Below are positions 63,413 through 64,000 of a DNA stretch of 64,000 bases, in pieces. Within the stretch, counting starts at the first letter, position 1. Each line of letters opens with the position of its first letter. Origin of the DNA: Lama guanicoe (lineage: Eukaryota); NCBI GenBank assembly GCA_013239625.1, contig MU053629.1, forward strand, positions 1,081,567-1,145,566. The letters run 5' to 3'. A program made the translations under genes and the position numbers. Below the pieces are notes generated by a model. That model was not told where the DNA came from, did not search any database, and saw only the letters and a program-made list of their open reading frames with translations.

Positions 63413-64000
63413 TTTTTTTTTTTTTCATTCACTCACTTTTTCCCCCCCACAATATTTTAAATATAATCTCTACAGCCTGGCAGTTTGTTAAATGTTAAGA
63501 CTTTTGGCAGGGTAATTAGATTTATATATATATATTTTTTTAAATTTATCAAATTAATTTTTTATTATGGATGTTGTTATAGCAGAATATAAAAATTAAG
63601 TAATAAAAGTTTCTTCTAAGAGTGCAATTTAACTTCATCTTTAAAAAGTTCATTTTTTTTTTAAACTATACATACTCAGGTAAAAAAAGGCTCTGACTTA
63701 AACTTATGACTTCAGAATTAAACTCTAGAAATAAATGCTACGGCCATCTAGAAGTTTATATTGACAAATTGCATACATTTTCAAATTATAATGCAATATT
63801 TGTACACAGAATAAGTATATGTACACTTCACTTACATTGTTGATATATAATAGTTACCCAAACTGTCTTGAGAAATGAGGCTTAATATAGATTCAAACTA
63901 AGTAGAAGATCAGTCTCAAATACAACATTTCTTTCACAACTAATAAGAGATAATCCAAACATTTGCTGAACATAAAAAAGCCCCTTGCTTCGTAGTGTGT

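Overview
Mammalian genomic DNA, not prokaryotic; there are no operons or CRISPR arrays. tRNA-Ala-derived SINEs resembling the Vic-1 family suggest a camelid (inference). The window holds two + strand genes in the conserved RAB8B-APH1B order. RAB8B: most of intron 1, coding exons 2-8 (28043-41319, ending in CaaX CSLL) and a ~4.2 kb 3'UTR; exon 1 is upstream of the window. APH1B (gamma-secretase subunit): CpG-island promoter and coding exons 1-4 (51860-59308); later exons lie beyond the window. The rest is intronic or intergenic DNA with SINEs, L1 3' ends with TSDs, L2, MIR, MaLR/ERV LTRs, hAT fossils and microsatellites. Almost all ORF-track entries are spurious. I found no convincing new biological system. 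The best leads are (i) a CpG-dense patch next to RAB8B exon 4, which carries an apparent M85L change (possible GC-biased gene conversion), (ii) a TSD-flanked orphan retroposed insert in APH1B intron 4, (iii) a recent 50-bp perfect duplication with an odd spacer, (iv) two fold-back palindromes, and (v) a solo LTR upstream of APH1B. Repeat family names and cross-species comparisons come from memory, not from searches.
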